The notes below the pieces were generated by a model. It saw only the letters and a program-made list of their open reading frames with translations. It did not search any database and had not been told where the DNA came from. Source: Spirochaetota bacterium (GTDB taxonomy: Bacteria; Spirochaetota; UBA4802; JAFGDQ01). Taken from it: DNA of 64,000 nt. Location: NCBI GenBank assembly GCA_043803405.1, contig JAZDKB010000018.1, positions 64,001 through 128,000 of the forward strand, given 5' to 3'. This document shows, in pieces, positions 51,753 to 61,179 of this stretch (the stretch's first letter is position 1; each line of letters opens with the position of its first letter). The translations under genes were made by a program, and so were the position numbers.

Positions 51753-53060
51753 ATGCATTCTTCATTTAAAGTAATTATATTTATTAGTTTATTGTTTGCT
51801 GCTTTATTTTCGGATTTTCTATTTGCGGATTCCATTGACGATGCTTTAAAGGGCGATTTTTCAAAACAGGAAACAATAAAGATAAGATTTGAAGTAAACA
51901 AAAGGCTGTTTTCGTACGAAGCAGGAAAATTCAAACTTGAGAATGTAAAAAAGAACAGGGATAAAATACGAGCCATTACGGACAGGATCATTCCATGGGC
52001 AATTATGGAGCGCTTAACTCCGCCCGAGGTTGCGCGGATAATCGTGTACATGTACCATGCTGACGAAGCAGGTGCAGCATATCTTGATGCTGAGGATCTG
52101 ATCCCTCTGGTCGCACAGCGCGATATTCCGTTAAAGGATTTCGTATTGATGGTGCAGTATAATAAAGAAACAAAGATTGCCGGTATTCCGGAAGCTATAC
52201 GCGATGCTTTTTTAGGATATACATTCTCACAGGGCTGGGACGGGGTATCAATATTTGCAGGCGGCCGCGGGCTAATCCTCGCTAAAATGAACGGGCTTGA
52301 TATAAACAAAACTGCGTCTTTGCTTGTTAAAAAGCTGCCTGCTAAGGGCGCTAAAGCAGACGTTGCCTCCATCGTAGCTGTGATTGAAAGTATCATAGGC
52401 GAGTCGATAAAAGAGAAAAACGCAAAGGTTATGATGGATAATCTGGCAAGTTCACAGAAGTCCTTTTCAGGAACAGAGAACTCGCCGCAGGGGCTTAAAA
52501 CCATTGTACAAAAATCATCCGGAAGCGATTCTGCCGTGAATGCGGCAAAAAAAGTAAGCATTCCCGAACAGACTGTTAAAAACGACCTTATTGATAAAGA
52601 AGCAGGAATTATTGTGTACGATAAATCCCCGGGTACTGGGAACGAAAACTGGCAGATTTTAAAGATAAATAATTATTACGAGAGTATAAGGCCGTGGCTG
52701 GGAACACCGTATAAATACGGATGCAAAACAGGAAAGCCGGGCATAGACTGCTCCGGGTTTACCAGGGCTGTGCTTGTAAACAGGAAGGTCGGCGTGCCGC
52801 CGGACATGATAGGGTACAGTTCTGCAGATCAGTGTAAAACCGGTTCAGCTGTGAGCAGAAAAAATTTACGCGCAGGCGACCTTGTGTTCTTTTCCGCTTC
52901 ACCTGACCAGAAAAAAATAACGCATGTCGGCCTGGCGACATCGGGCGGGCAGTTTGCGCACGCGAGCACCAAAGGCGTTGTGCACGACGATCTCGGTAAA
53001 AAGTGGTGGGCACAGAGGCTTGTGGCATCAAGGCGCATATTTGCGGAAGTGAAGAAATAA
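51753..53060 (+). CDS. Secreted NlpC/P60 (C40) peptidase with large N-terminal domain
   Basis: LGTPYKYG, DCSGF, GDLVFF, HVG, HAS. Confidence 0.88.
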   Translation: MHSSFKVIIFISLLFAALFSDFLFADSIDDALKGDFSKQETIKIRFEVNKRLFSYEAGKFKLENVKKNRDKIRAITDRIIPWAIMERLTPPEVARIIVYMYHADEAGAAYLDAEDLIPLVAQRDIPLKDFVLMVQYNKETKIAGIPEAIRDAFLGYTFSQGWDGVSIFAGGRGLILAKMNGLDINKTASLLVKKLPAKGAKADVASIVAVIESIIGESIKEKNAKVMMDNLASSQKSFSGTENSPQGLKTIVQKSSGSDSAVNAAKKVSIPEQTVKNDLIDKEAGIIVYDKSPGTGNENWQILKINNYYESIRPWLGTPYKYGCKTGKPGIDCSGFTRAVLVNRKVGVPPDMIGYSSADQCKTGSAVSRKNLRAGDLVFFSASPDQKKITHVGLATSGGQFAHASTKGVVHDDLGKKWWAQRLVASRRIFAEVKK

Positions 53061-53249
53061 AAAAAATTTTTTGGAAAAGCTGATAGGCTGCTTACTAAGA
53101 AAACTGAATAATCACGAAATTTATTAATTTTCTATTGACAAATTTAAACTATATAAATTTAATTCCTTTTATAAACATACTAATTTTTAAAGCTGATAAC
53201 GCATTATTTTTCAATAATTGATTCCTTCTGTTTATCAGCATTCCAATAG

Positions 53250-53433
53250 TGGATTAACATATTGCCGCAATGGCTTAGAGACACTGAGGCATCCTGGCCG
53301 GTTAAAGACGCGACAGCCTGTTGCATCGCCGGATAGTACATTCCGTACTTTACCTGTTACCTTACCCATTCTCTTTGATAAAAAAGAGAAGACCTACGGG
53401 AAGACTTTACAGGGGGATAAATGTGTTAGTCCA
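53250..53433 (+). ncRNA. Candidate structured ncRNA or leader
   Basis: 14-bp closing stem with two G-U pairs plus several internal hairpins; TTGACA-17-TTTAAT at 53135-53163. Confidence 0.4.
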
Positions 53434-53528
53434 TACCTATGCTCTAATGTCTCCAAACCCAAGCAGCAAATAAAAATAATTTAATTTTAAAAGACGCGTA
53501 CTATATTTATTAAGGCGCTTTGTGTTAT

Positions 53529-53634
53529 GTAGGGGCGAATGTTGAGATAAATGTTGATGCACGATATCTTGCAGGGGTGTTGCATCACGTTTGGGCGTTG
53601 TACCACGTAGGGGCACGGCATGCCGTGCCCCTAC
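53529..53634. repeat. GTAG REP with upstream 18-bp half-copies
   Basis: Units at 53553, 53571, 53589; perfect palindrome 53607-53634. Confidence 0.85.
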
Positions 53635-53662
53635 AAAAGATAAAAATTTTGGATAAAATTAC

Positions 53663-54404
53663 ATGTCATTCGGGATATTCAGCAAAGAATATGGATATAT
53701 AAACAGGCGTTCGATTCGTTTAGAAGGGATTTGATTATACGCAGTCGGTCGGGTGCAAACGGACATCCTTGTCCGCACCCGACACTAAGGCCTCCTGCCT
53801 GTCGGGTGCGTATTTCATTACAATATGCGCGTATAACAGGGAATGTCTATTTGGAAATATTATGAATAACGAAATGCAGTTAAACGAATACGGTAAGATC
53901 GCAGAAAAATACTGGAGAGAGATACAGCGTCATTTCCCGTATGTTGAATTGAAAGAATATGCAGTAATGCCGAACCATGTGCACGGAATCATTACGATTG
54001 TGGATAATAATGAAATTGAGATAGACCGTAGGGACACAGCACAAAATGACATGGCATTGTGTATGGGCGTTGAATCATGTATGGGTGTTGTATTATGTAG
54101 GGATATGGCAATTTGTAGGGGCACGGCATGCCGTGCCCCTACGGCAGACAATACAGAACAATTCGGGAAACCTGTTTCGGGATCAATTGCAACAATCATT
54201 CGTTCATTTAAATCTGCAGTTACCAGAAAAATCAATGAAGCATTTATTTTAAAAAACAAACCAATATGGCAGCGTAATTATTACGAACACATTATACGCA
54301 ATGAAAAAGAATTAAACAATATTTGCGGATATATAATCAATAACCCTGCAAAATGGGAACAGGATGAGAATAACCCGGAAAACATTATCGCGAACAAATC
54401 GTAA
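53663..54404 (+). mobile_element. REP-associated tyrosine (Y1 HUH) transposase, frameshifted with in-frame insertions
   Basis: RRSIRL / GFDYTQS...GAYFITIC, MPNHVH, WQRNYYEHIIR, YI..NP; frameshift near 53722. Confidence 0.88.
54061..54142. repeat. GTAG REP array inside the transposase
   Basis: Units at 54061, 54079, 54097; palindrome 54115-54142. Confidence 0.88.
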
Positions 54405-54411
54405 AGAAAAA

Positions 54412-54493
54412 ATAGGGGTACGGCGTCACGTATGGGCATTGTACCATGTAGGGGCACGGTGTTATGTAGGGGCACGGCATGCCGTGCCCCTAC
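54412..54493. repeat. GTAG REP array downstream of the transposase
   Basis: Units at 54412, 54430, 54448; palindrome 54466-54493. Confidence 0.88.
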
Positions 54494-54552
54494 AACAGAC
54501 AATACGTTATTATATATAAAATTTATAAAAAAAACCAAGGAGGTCGTTTCTT

Positions 54553-57500
54553 ATGAAACCCATCATCCGTTTGTTTCTTTCAGCAGTATTTTCAGTTTGT
54601 TTGCTTTTTGGTTTTAGCAATAATTTGAAAGCAAACGTTGGCCCGGACGGCTCGTTCAATTACAGCGTTCCTATTGAGCTGCCGCAGGGCACAGCAGGCT
54701 GCGCGCCGCAACTTGCCCTGGTTTACAATTCGAACGCAGGCAACGGCATGCTTGGACAGGGCTGGGACCTCGCAGGCCTTGGCGCAATTACGCGCGACAC
54801 TACGCACCCGATCAATTATAACGGCAGCGACTATTTTGTAGGCCCTGGCGGTAGGCTTGTGCTAATCACAACCGGCAGTTTATCTGGGGATTATCACTAC
54901 GAAAACGAAAGCTTTTGCCGAATTGAACTTAACGGAACTATCGGTGAATCCGGCAGCTACTGGCTGGAAACCAAACCTGATGGTACAAAGTACTATTACG
55001 GCTCTACAAGCGATTCAAAGATCGCTGCAATAGGCAAAGGTAATCAATTACGCGCGTGGGCGCTTTCGAAAGTTGAAGATCTTCACGGGAATTATTATTC
55101 TATCGAATACTCGCAGGATACCTCCGGTGAGTATTATCCAACTAAGATAACATACACAGAAAATCTTGGATTCCCAATCAGCGACGACCGAAGTGTGGAA
55201 TTCGGTTACCAGAACAGAAGCGATTATTACCCTAGCTATGCGTTCGGTTGCTCTGTGCAAACACAAAAACGTTTGCAGTACATTTATGTTAAGCTCGATG
55301 GTACAACATCGCGTACTTATACACTCTACTATGACAATGGCGGGACAGTAGGTGGAACCAGGCTTACAAGCGTTGCAGACAGCGGAAGCGCGGATGGAGA
55401 ATTGGATCTCACGTGGGAGCAAAGCAATGGTGATGGAACATTTGATATAAGCAACCCAGCTATAATGTCTGGATCAGTTAACCTCAGTAGTGCATGGATA
55501 AATCCAGCAAGTTCAAAGATAATTACTGCAGACTTTAACGGTGATGGTAAAACAGATTTTCTAATTAAAAACAGTGCCTGGAGCAGTAATCCTATTTTTT
55601 TATCAAAAGGTGATGGAACATTTGATATAAGCAACCCAGCTATAATGTCTGGATCAGTTAATCTCAGTAGTGCATGGGTAAATCCGGATAGTTCTGAACT
55701 AATTACTGCAGATTTTAACGGTGATGGTAAAACAGATTTTCTAATTAAAAACAGTGCCTGGAGCAGTAATCCTATTTTTTTATCAAAAGGTGATGGAACA
55801 TTTGATATAACCAACCCATCTATATTTTGTGAGTCAAGTAATGCAAGTAGTTGGTTAAATTCGCCCGGAACACAAATAATAACAGGAGATTTTAACGGCG
55901 ACGGAAAAACTGACTTTATACTATATAATAGTACCAGCGGTTATAATTGGGCAACAAATCCCATTTTTTTATCTAATGGAAATGGTACATTTACGGTAAC
56001 CAACCCATCTATATTTTGTGAGTCAACTAATGCAAGTAGTTGGTTAAATTCGCCCGGAACACAAATAATAACAGGAGATTTTAACGGCGACGGAAAAACT
56101 GACTTTATACTTCAAAATATTAGTCTCAATTGGCCGACCACACCTATATTTTTATCTAATAGCAAGTCATCACTTCTTACATCTATCCAGCCTCCTCTCG
56201 GCACCACAACGACCATTGATTACAAGCCTGCCCCTCAGTTTGCAGACACAATTACTATTGACGATAGTGTTTTTGGCCAGGATAAAGCAGTTGATCCGAC
56301 GACCTCAAGCGGTCAGTACATAGCAAACAGTAGCCCGCGAAATCTTGTTGCGAGCGTAACAACGACCGATGGCAGAACAGGAGGCGGGAGCTATACGACA
56401 AGCTACTCGTATGACAACGGTAAAATATACACAGGGTACCCGTATCAGCGGAAAGACCTGTTCTTTGAATGCGTAACAGAACGCACAGGCACAGGGCCTT
56501 ACACAAAGACCTATTATAAAATTAACGACCAGAACCTTGCAGGAAAAATAGACAAAGTAGAAGGTTATGACCAGAACAATAACCTGATGAAGAAGACACA
56601 GTACGCGTATACTTACTCAACACCGAATACTGGAATAACATGGGTACGGCCTACAAGCATAACAGAAAATACTTATGAAACGGGTGCAGCAAACCTGGTT
56701 TTCACAAGAACAACGACCTTTGATAGTTATGACATTTACGGCAACGCGAAGCAGGTAACAGAAAGCGCAAGCGGGTTAAACAATATTATAACACAGACAA
56801 CATACTCGACAGACTCGGCTGCAATAAACGCATGGATAATTTCAAGGCCAATCGAAATTAAACAATACAGGGACTCTACTAGCGGCGCAGTGTTAAAATG
56901 GCAACAATTCACATATAATGCGAATAATGAACTGGAAACAAAAAAAGACTGGGCAGGAGGCTCAAAGTGGATAATTACCAGCTTTACTTACGACAGCTGG
57001 GGCAATGTGGCAAGCATAACAGCGCCGAACGCTATTGGAACAACAAGCACAACATACATATTCTATGACGCCAATTACCAGACATTCCCTGAAAGAGTAG
57101 TAAATTACAAGGGCGGAGTTGCTTATGAAATACAGACGCACTACAATCCCGCAAACGGAAACAAACTGTATGTAACAGATTTTAACGGAAATACAACAAA
57201 CTATATTTACGATAATTTCGGCAGGCTTACGGATATAATAGAACCTGGAGTTGGCTGGACAAAGAAGATGTCGTACCAGAACTGGGGCAACCCGAACACA
57301 CAGTATGTTGAAACACAGATGCGCGACAGCTCAACCGAAGGCTATTACTTTGAGCGCGAGTATTTCGACGGCTTAAAGCGCAAATACAAGACAGTTGCAG
57401 AAGGATACGAAAGTTTCAATAAAATAACGACTTATGAATACGATCCTCTCGGCAGGTTGTATAAGCAGTCGAATCCGTACATGGAAGGGTGCGGCGATAG

Positions 57501-60276
57501 TACAAAATATTATACAACTTTTGAGTACGATGCAGCAGGGCGCATTAGTAAAAAGATATATCCTGACGGCGCGTACGACACAATTTCATATCCTTTTGAA
57601 ACCGGCACAAACAGGCAGGTTGTTAAGCTTGTGGATAGAAAAAACAGCACACATTACAGCAGGTATGATTCGCGCAGCAAACTGCGCAACAGAACGGATA
57701 CAGGCATTGCTTATATGAGTTACAGTTACGACACGCTTGGTCGCTTAATAACGACAAGCGGCAGTGATGGAAAGCTGACAACTATTGCCTATGACACACT
57801 AGGCAGAAAGACATCAATAATTGACCCGAACACAGGCACAACCTCGTACACATATTCAGACAGCGGGCATGTGCAAACACAGACAGACGCGCGCGGTATA
57901 ACGCTTACATACGGCTATGACGAGCTAAACAGGCTTATAAGCGAATCTTCTTCGGACGGCACAGTAAGCACGCAGTATTACTTTGATATGAGCGTAGTGC
58001 CTAACTCGAAGGGAAGGCTTTCAAAGGTTGCGGACAATTCCGGAGAAACAATATTCTCTTATGACGAAAGGGGCAATGTTACAGGCTACATAAAGAGCAT
58101 AGACGACAATCACGACGGCATAATGGATCAGGATTTTGCTGTTGCAATGCAGTACGACTGGCAGAAACGCGTTTCAGCTTTAACGTATCCGGACCCGGAT
58201 CACACAGTTGTAAGAAACCATTACGCGGACGCAGGCTACTTAAAGGCAGTGACTGACATTAATGACAACGCGTACGTTCAATATGCACGCGAATCATGCT
58301 CCATAAATTCTATACAGAGGCGCACAGGCAATGGAGTGATAACCACAATAGGGTATAATCCTGCGAACTTAAGGCCTGTTTCAATTAAAACAGTGCATGG
58401 AACCAGCACTCTGGAAGATTTAACATATACACACGACAATATCGGGAACATAACCAATATAACTGACAATTATCCTACTGATCCCCAGGATTACAGTATT
58501 AATGATACTGAAACATTTACTTATGATAATATTAACCGCTTAACAAAAGCTGTTTCTGCAGGGCTTTACGGAACAGCAAATTATGCGTTTAGCGCGAACG
58601 GCAACCTTACAAGCAAGGAAGGCCTTGGGTTAACTTACGGCGACAGTGCGCACCCGTATGCAGTAACAAGCTACGACGGCAAAAGCTATGGCTACGACGC
58701 TGCAGGGAACATGACATCGCGCATAGGCAAAACACTTGTTTACGACGCAAAGAACCGCCTTATTGAAATAAAGAGCGGAACAGGCACAACAGAAGAAAAA
58801 TACACGTACGATTATGCGGGCTTTAGAGTCAAGAAAGAGTTTGCGGACGGAACAAAGGTTTACAATGTGAACGGGCTCCACGAGCTAAGGATTGTGCCAG
58901 GCCAGGCAGCAATGAGCTACACAAATTATATTTACGGCATGAGCGGCGACCTTGTTGCACAGATAGCAGGCACAACAACCACGGGTGCAAGCATTTACCC
59001 GATTGCAAAGGATATGTATAACTGGAAAGACCTGAAAGGGCTGTTCCTTAAGCTCCACGCAGCAGCAAACGCGTTTGTAGAAAACCCGAAAAACATAAGG
59101 GCTTTGAACATAGCCTTTATGATGCTTGCTGTTCTGGGATGCCTGTGCATATTTATTTACACAGTATTTTTCAGAAAGAGACACACAATACTTATACCGC
59201 GCTGGATGGCTCACGCAATACCAATGCTGCTTATAGTGTTCTTTGCAAGCTTTGGGTTTACAGGCTGCTTTGAGCTGTTCCCGAACGGAGTTGTTGAGGG
59301 CGTATACTACTTCCATCCGAATCATAACGGATCAGTAAAGATGATCACAAAAACCGAAAACGATGTGTTTACAATAGTTGCGCGTTACAAGTACAAACCA
59401 TACGGGGAAATGCTCTCAGACAAGTCGTCGGGATCGGAAGTGTCGAAGTACAAGTACACATCGCAGGAGGAAGACAACAGCACAAGCTTGTATTACTATA
59501 ATGCGCGCTACTATGACCCGGCTTGCGGGCGCTTTATTACAGCTGACTCGATAGTACCGAATTTGGAAAATACTCAGGATTTTAACAGATATATGTATGT
59601 GAGAGGGAATCCTGTTAATAATAATGACCCAAGTGGACATGCTACAGATGTACCTGAAATAGATAACGAGCTAAATACTGATGAAGGTCATACTAATAAA
59701 GGGACAGTAACTTTTAACAGTGATGGTCATGAAGAAACAGTTTTCGGTATTCATAGTAAACCTAGTAGAAGTAAACATAAGTATCATAATGATAACAAGT
59801 TTTTGACTTGGGATTGGGGCGAAACTATAGGACATCATATATGGGAATCAGGTAAATATTGGGGAGGAAAAATATCATATGCGATACTTGGTGAAGATTC
59901 AGCATTAATGGAATTTTGTGATAGAACATGGGGACATCCAGTAGCTGTTTTACATGATAACTGGTTAGCAAACTATGATAAATGGACTGGGCATAAGGTA
60001 TTGCACTGGGCTAGAACAGATACAAAATTTGGCCAGGTTGTATATCTTATTTTTTTTATAGGTTCAATGTATTATGCTTACTATGCTGGAACAATAATAG
60101 CAGCATACAATGCAGCAGCCTGGATGGTTAATAAAGCGTATAGTTTTGGTCGTAATCATATAAATAGTGGTATAAGTAGTATTATAAATACTATGAGTTG
60201 GAGTTGTCGTCCTGTCACTGGAACTATGAAAATTTATGAGAAGGCAAAAAAATTAAAAAAGAAATTACATTTATAA
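54553..60276 (+). CDS. Secreted SpvB/FG-GAP/YD-repeat Rhs polymorphic toxin
   Basis: Signal peptide; YSVPIELP..P.LALVYNS..GW SpvB-like; four DFNGDGKTD; YD repeats; YYNARYYDP..GRF; NP....DPSGH. Confidence 0.9.
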   Translation: MKPIIRLFLSAVFSVCLLFGFSNNLKANVGPDGSFNYSVPIELPQGTAGCAPQLALVYNSNAGNGMLGQGWDLAGLGAITRDTTHPINYNGSDYFVGPGGRLVLITTGSLSGDYHYENESFCRIELNGTIGESGSYWLETKPDGTKYYYGSTSDSKIAAIGKGNQLRAWALSKVEDLHGNYYSIEYSQDTSGEYYPTKITYTENLGFPISDDRSVEFGYQNRSDYYPSYAFGCSVQTQKRLQYIYVKLDGTTSRTYTLYYDNGGTVGGTRLTSVADSGSADGELDLTWEQSNGDGTFDISNPAIMSGSVNLSSAWINPASSKIITADFNGDGKTDFLIKNSAWSSNPIFLSKGDGTFDISNPAIMSGSVNLSSAWVNPDSSELITADFNGDGKTDFLIKNSAWSSNPIFLSKGDGTFDITNPSIFCESSNASSWLNSPGTQIITGDFNGDGKTDFILYNSTSGYNWATNPIFLSNGNGTFTVTNPSIFCESTNASSWLNSPGTQIITGDFNGDGKTDFILQNISLNWPTTPIFLSNSKSSLLTSIQPPLGTTTTIDYKPAPQFADTITIDDSVFGQDKAVDPTTSSGQYIANSSPRNLVASVTTTDGRTGGGSYTTSYSYDNGKIYTGYPYQRKDLFFECVTERTGTGPYTKTYYKINDQNLAGKIDKVEGYDQNNNLMKKTQYAYTYSTPNTGITWVRPTSITENTYETGAANLVFTRTTTFDSYDIYGNAKQVTESASGLNNIITQTTYSTDSAAINAWIISRPIEIKQYRDSTSGAVLKWQQFTYNANNELETKKDWAGGSKWIITSFTYDSWGNVASITAPNAIGTTSTTYIFYDANYQTFPERVVNYKGGVAYEIQTHYNPANGNKLYVTDFNGNTTNYIYDNFGRLTDIIEPGVGWTKKMSYQNWGNPNTQYVETQMRDSSTEGYYFEREYFDGLKRKYKTVAEGYESFNKITTYEYDPLGRLYKQSNPYMEGCGDSTKYYTTFEYDAAGRISKKIYPDGAYDTISYPFETGTNRQVVKLVDRKNSTHYSRYDSRSKLRNRTDTGIAYMSYSYDTLGRLITTSGSDGKLTTIAYDTLGRKTSIIDPNTGTTSYTYSDSGHVQTQTDARGITLTYGYDELNRLISESSSDGTVSTQYYFDMSVVPNSKGRLSKVADNSGETIFSYDERGNVTGYIKSIDDNHDGIMDQDFAVAMQYDWQKRVSALTYPDPDHTVVRNHYADAGYLKAVTDINDNAYVQYARESCSINSIQRRTGNGVITTIGYNPANLRPVSIKTVHGTSTLEDLTYTHDNIGNITNITDNYPTDPQDYSINDTETFTYDNINRLTKAVSAGLYGTANYAFSANGNLTSKEGLGLTYGDSAHPYAVTSYDGKSYGYDAAGNMTSRIGKTLVYDAKNRLIEIKSGTGTTEEKYTYDYAGFRVKKEFADGTKVYNVNGLHELRIVPGQAAMSYTNYIYGMSGDLVAQIAGTTTTGASIYPIAKDMYNWKDLKGLFLKLHAAANAFVENPKNIRALNIAFMMLAVLGCLCIFIYTVFFRKRHTILIPRWMAHAIPMLLIVFFASFGFTGCFELFPNGVVEGVYYFHPNHNGSVKMITKTENDVFTIVARYKYKPYGEMLSDKSSGSEVSKYKYTSQEEDNSTSLYYYNARYYDPACGRFITADSIVPNLENTQDFNRYMYVRGNPVNNNDPSGHATDVPEIDNELNTDEGHTNKGTVTFNSDGHEETVFGIHSKPSRSKHKYHNDNKFLTWDWGETIGHHIWESGKYWGGKISYAILGEDSALMEFCDRTWGHPVAVLHDNWLANYDKWTGHKVLHWARTDTKFGQVVYLIFFIGSMYYAYYAGTIIAAYNAAAWMVNKAYSFGRNHINSGISSIINTMSWSCRPVTGTMKIYEKAKKLKKKLHL
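55429..56163 (+). repeat. Intragenic tandem FG-GAP repeats, AABB
   Basis: Two near-identical 180-bp units, then two units with a 189-bp period. Confidence 0.9.
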
Positions 60277-60381
60277 TAGATTAATGTATTAATCTTCCAA
60301 TATCAGTAGTATCTTACAGTTTACTTGAAAGCTTAGCATCAGAGAAAAGCTGTTTTTACAAACACAGCACACAAGGGCGAT

Positions 60382-60740
60382 CCCCTCGGCCGCGGAACGC
60401 GGCCACCCCTTTCGGCCTTCGGCCACTTTCCCCTTAATAAGGGGAAAGCAACTGTGCTGATAGGGCGATGTGTATGCAATGACGTGTTTTTCTTCCCTTG
60501 CCCCTTGAAAAGGGGAAAGGGACTGAGGGTTAGGGGTTATTGGAAAGGGGTCGGAGGATAGGGGTTTTTGAAAAGGGACAGAGGGATGTGAGTTCTTAAG
60601 TGAAGAGGTTCGGTGATAGACTTGTTTAAATTTTGTGAGTCAGGTTTCGATACTGAGAGAATACTATTTTCTCCCCTTACAAAGGGGAAGATGTCGCGCG
60701 CAGTCCCGAGCTTGACGAGGGAAAGCGACAGAAGGGGTTA
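60382..60740. repeat. Cluster of C/G-run hairpin repeats upstream of DUF559
   Basis: Double hairpin 60382-60460; CCCCTT/AAGGGG hairpin plus 28-bp units from 60515; hairpin set 60670-60740. Confidence 0.75.
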
Positions 60741-60741
60741 A

Positions 60742-61179
60742 ATGACCAAAGTCTTCAATCGCTCATCCGAACTCGAAAAACGGCGCGCGCTAAGAACCAG
60801 TGCTACAGAAGCAGAAAAAAAGATATGGACAAAACTGAGAACACGAAACATAAAAGGCTGTAAATTCAGAAGACAGTACAGCATAGGACCTTACATAGCA
60901 GACTTCTTTTGCCCGCAGGCAAAGCTCGCAGTAGAGATCGATGGGAATGTGCACAATAGCAGCGATGCGCTGGAATACGACAAAGCAAGAGATGAGTTTA
61001 TAAAATCAGCCGGGATACTAGTTCTGCGATTTACAAACAGCGAAGTAGAAAATAATCCGGAAAATGTTGTTAAAGAAATAACAAAAGCAATAGAAGATAA
61101 TATTACTCCCAGTGCGAATCCTCACTGTGGAACTGCTAAGGCCGAAGGTACAAAGCCGGATGCGGAAAATGGCCAATAG
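60742..61179 (+). CDS. DUF559 (Vsr-like) endonuclease
   Basis: TEAEKKIW..LR, KFRRQYSIGPYIADFFC, VEIDG..H, VLRFTN. Confidence 0.92.
   Translation: MTKVFNRSSELEKRRALRTSATEAEKKIWTKLRTRNIKGCKFRRQYSIGPYIADFFCPQAKLAVEIDGNVHNSSDALEYDKARDEFIKSAGILVLRFTNSEVENNPENVVKEITKAIEDNITPSANPHCGTAKAEGTKPDAENGQ

Noticed and set aside
51737..52561. 274-aa minus-strand ORF
   Set aside because: Antisense shadow of the NlpC/P60 gene with no motifs
53218..53702. Short ORFs of 88 and 60 aa
   Set aside because: TTG starts without RBS; they overlap the structured region and the REP array (VGARHAVPL is the REP translation)
53529..54493. CRISPR array
   Set aside because: No unique spacers between constant repeats and no cas genes
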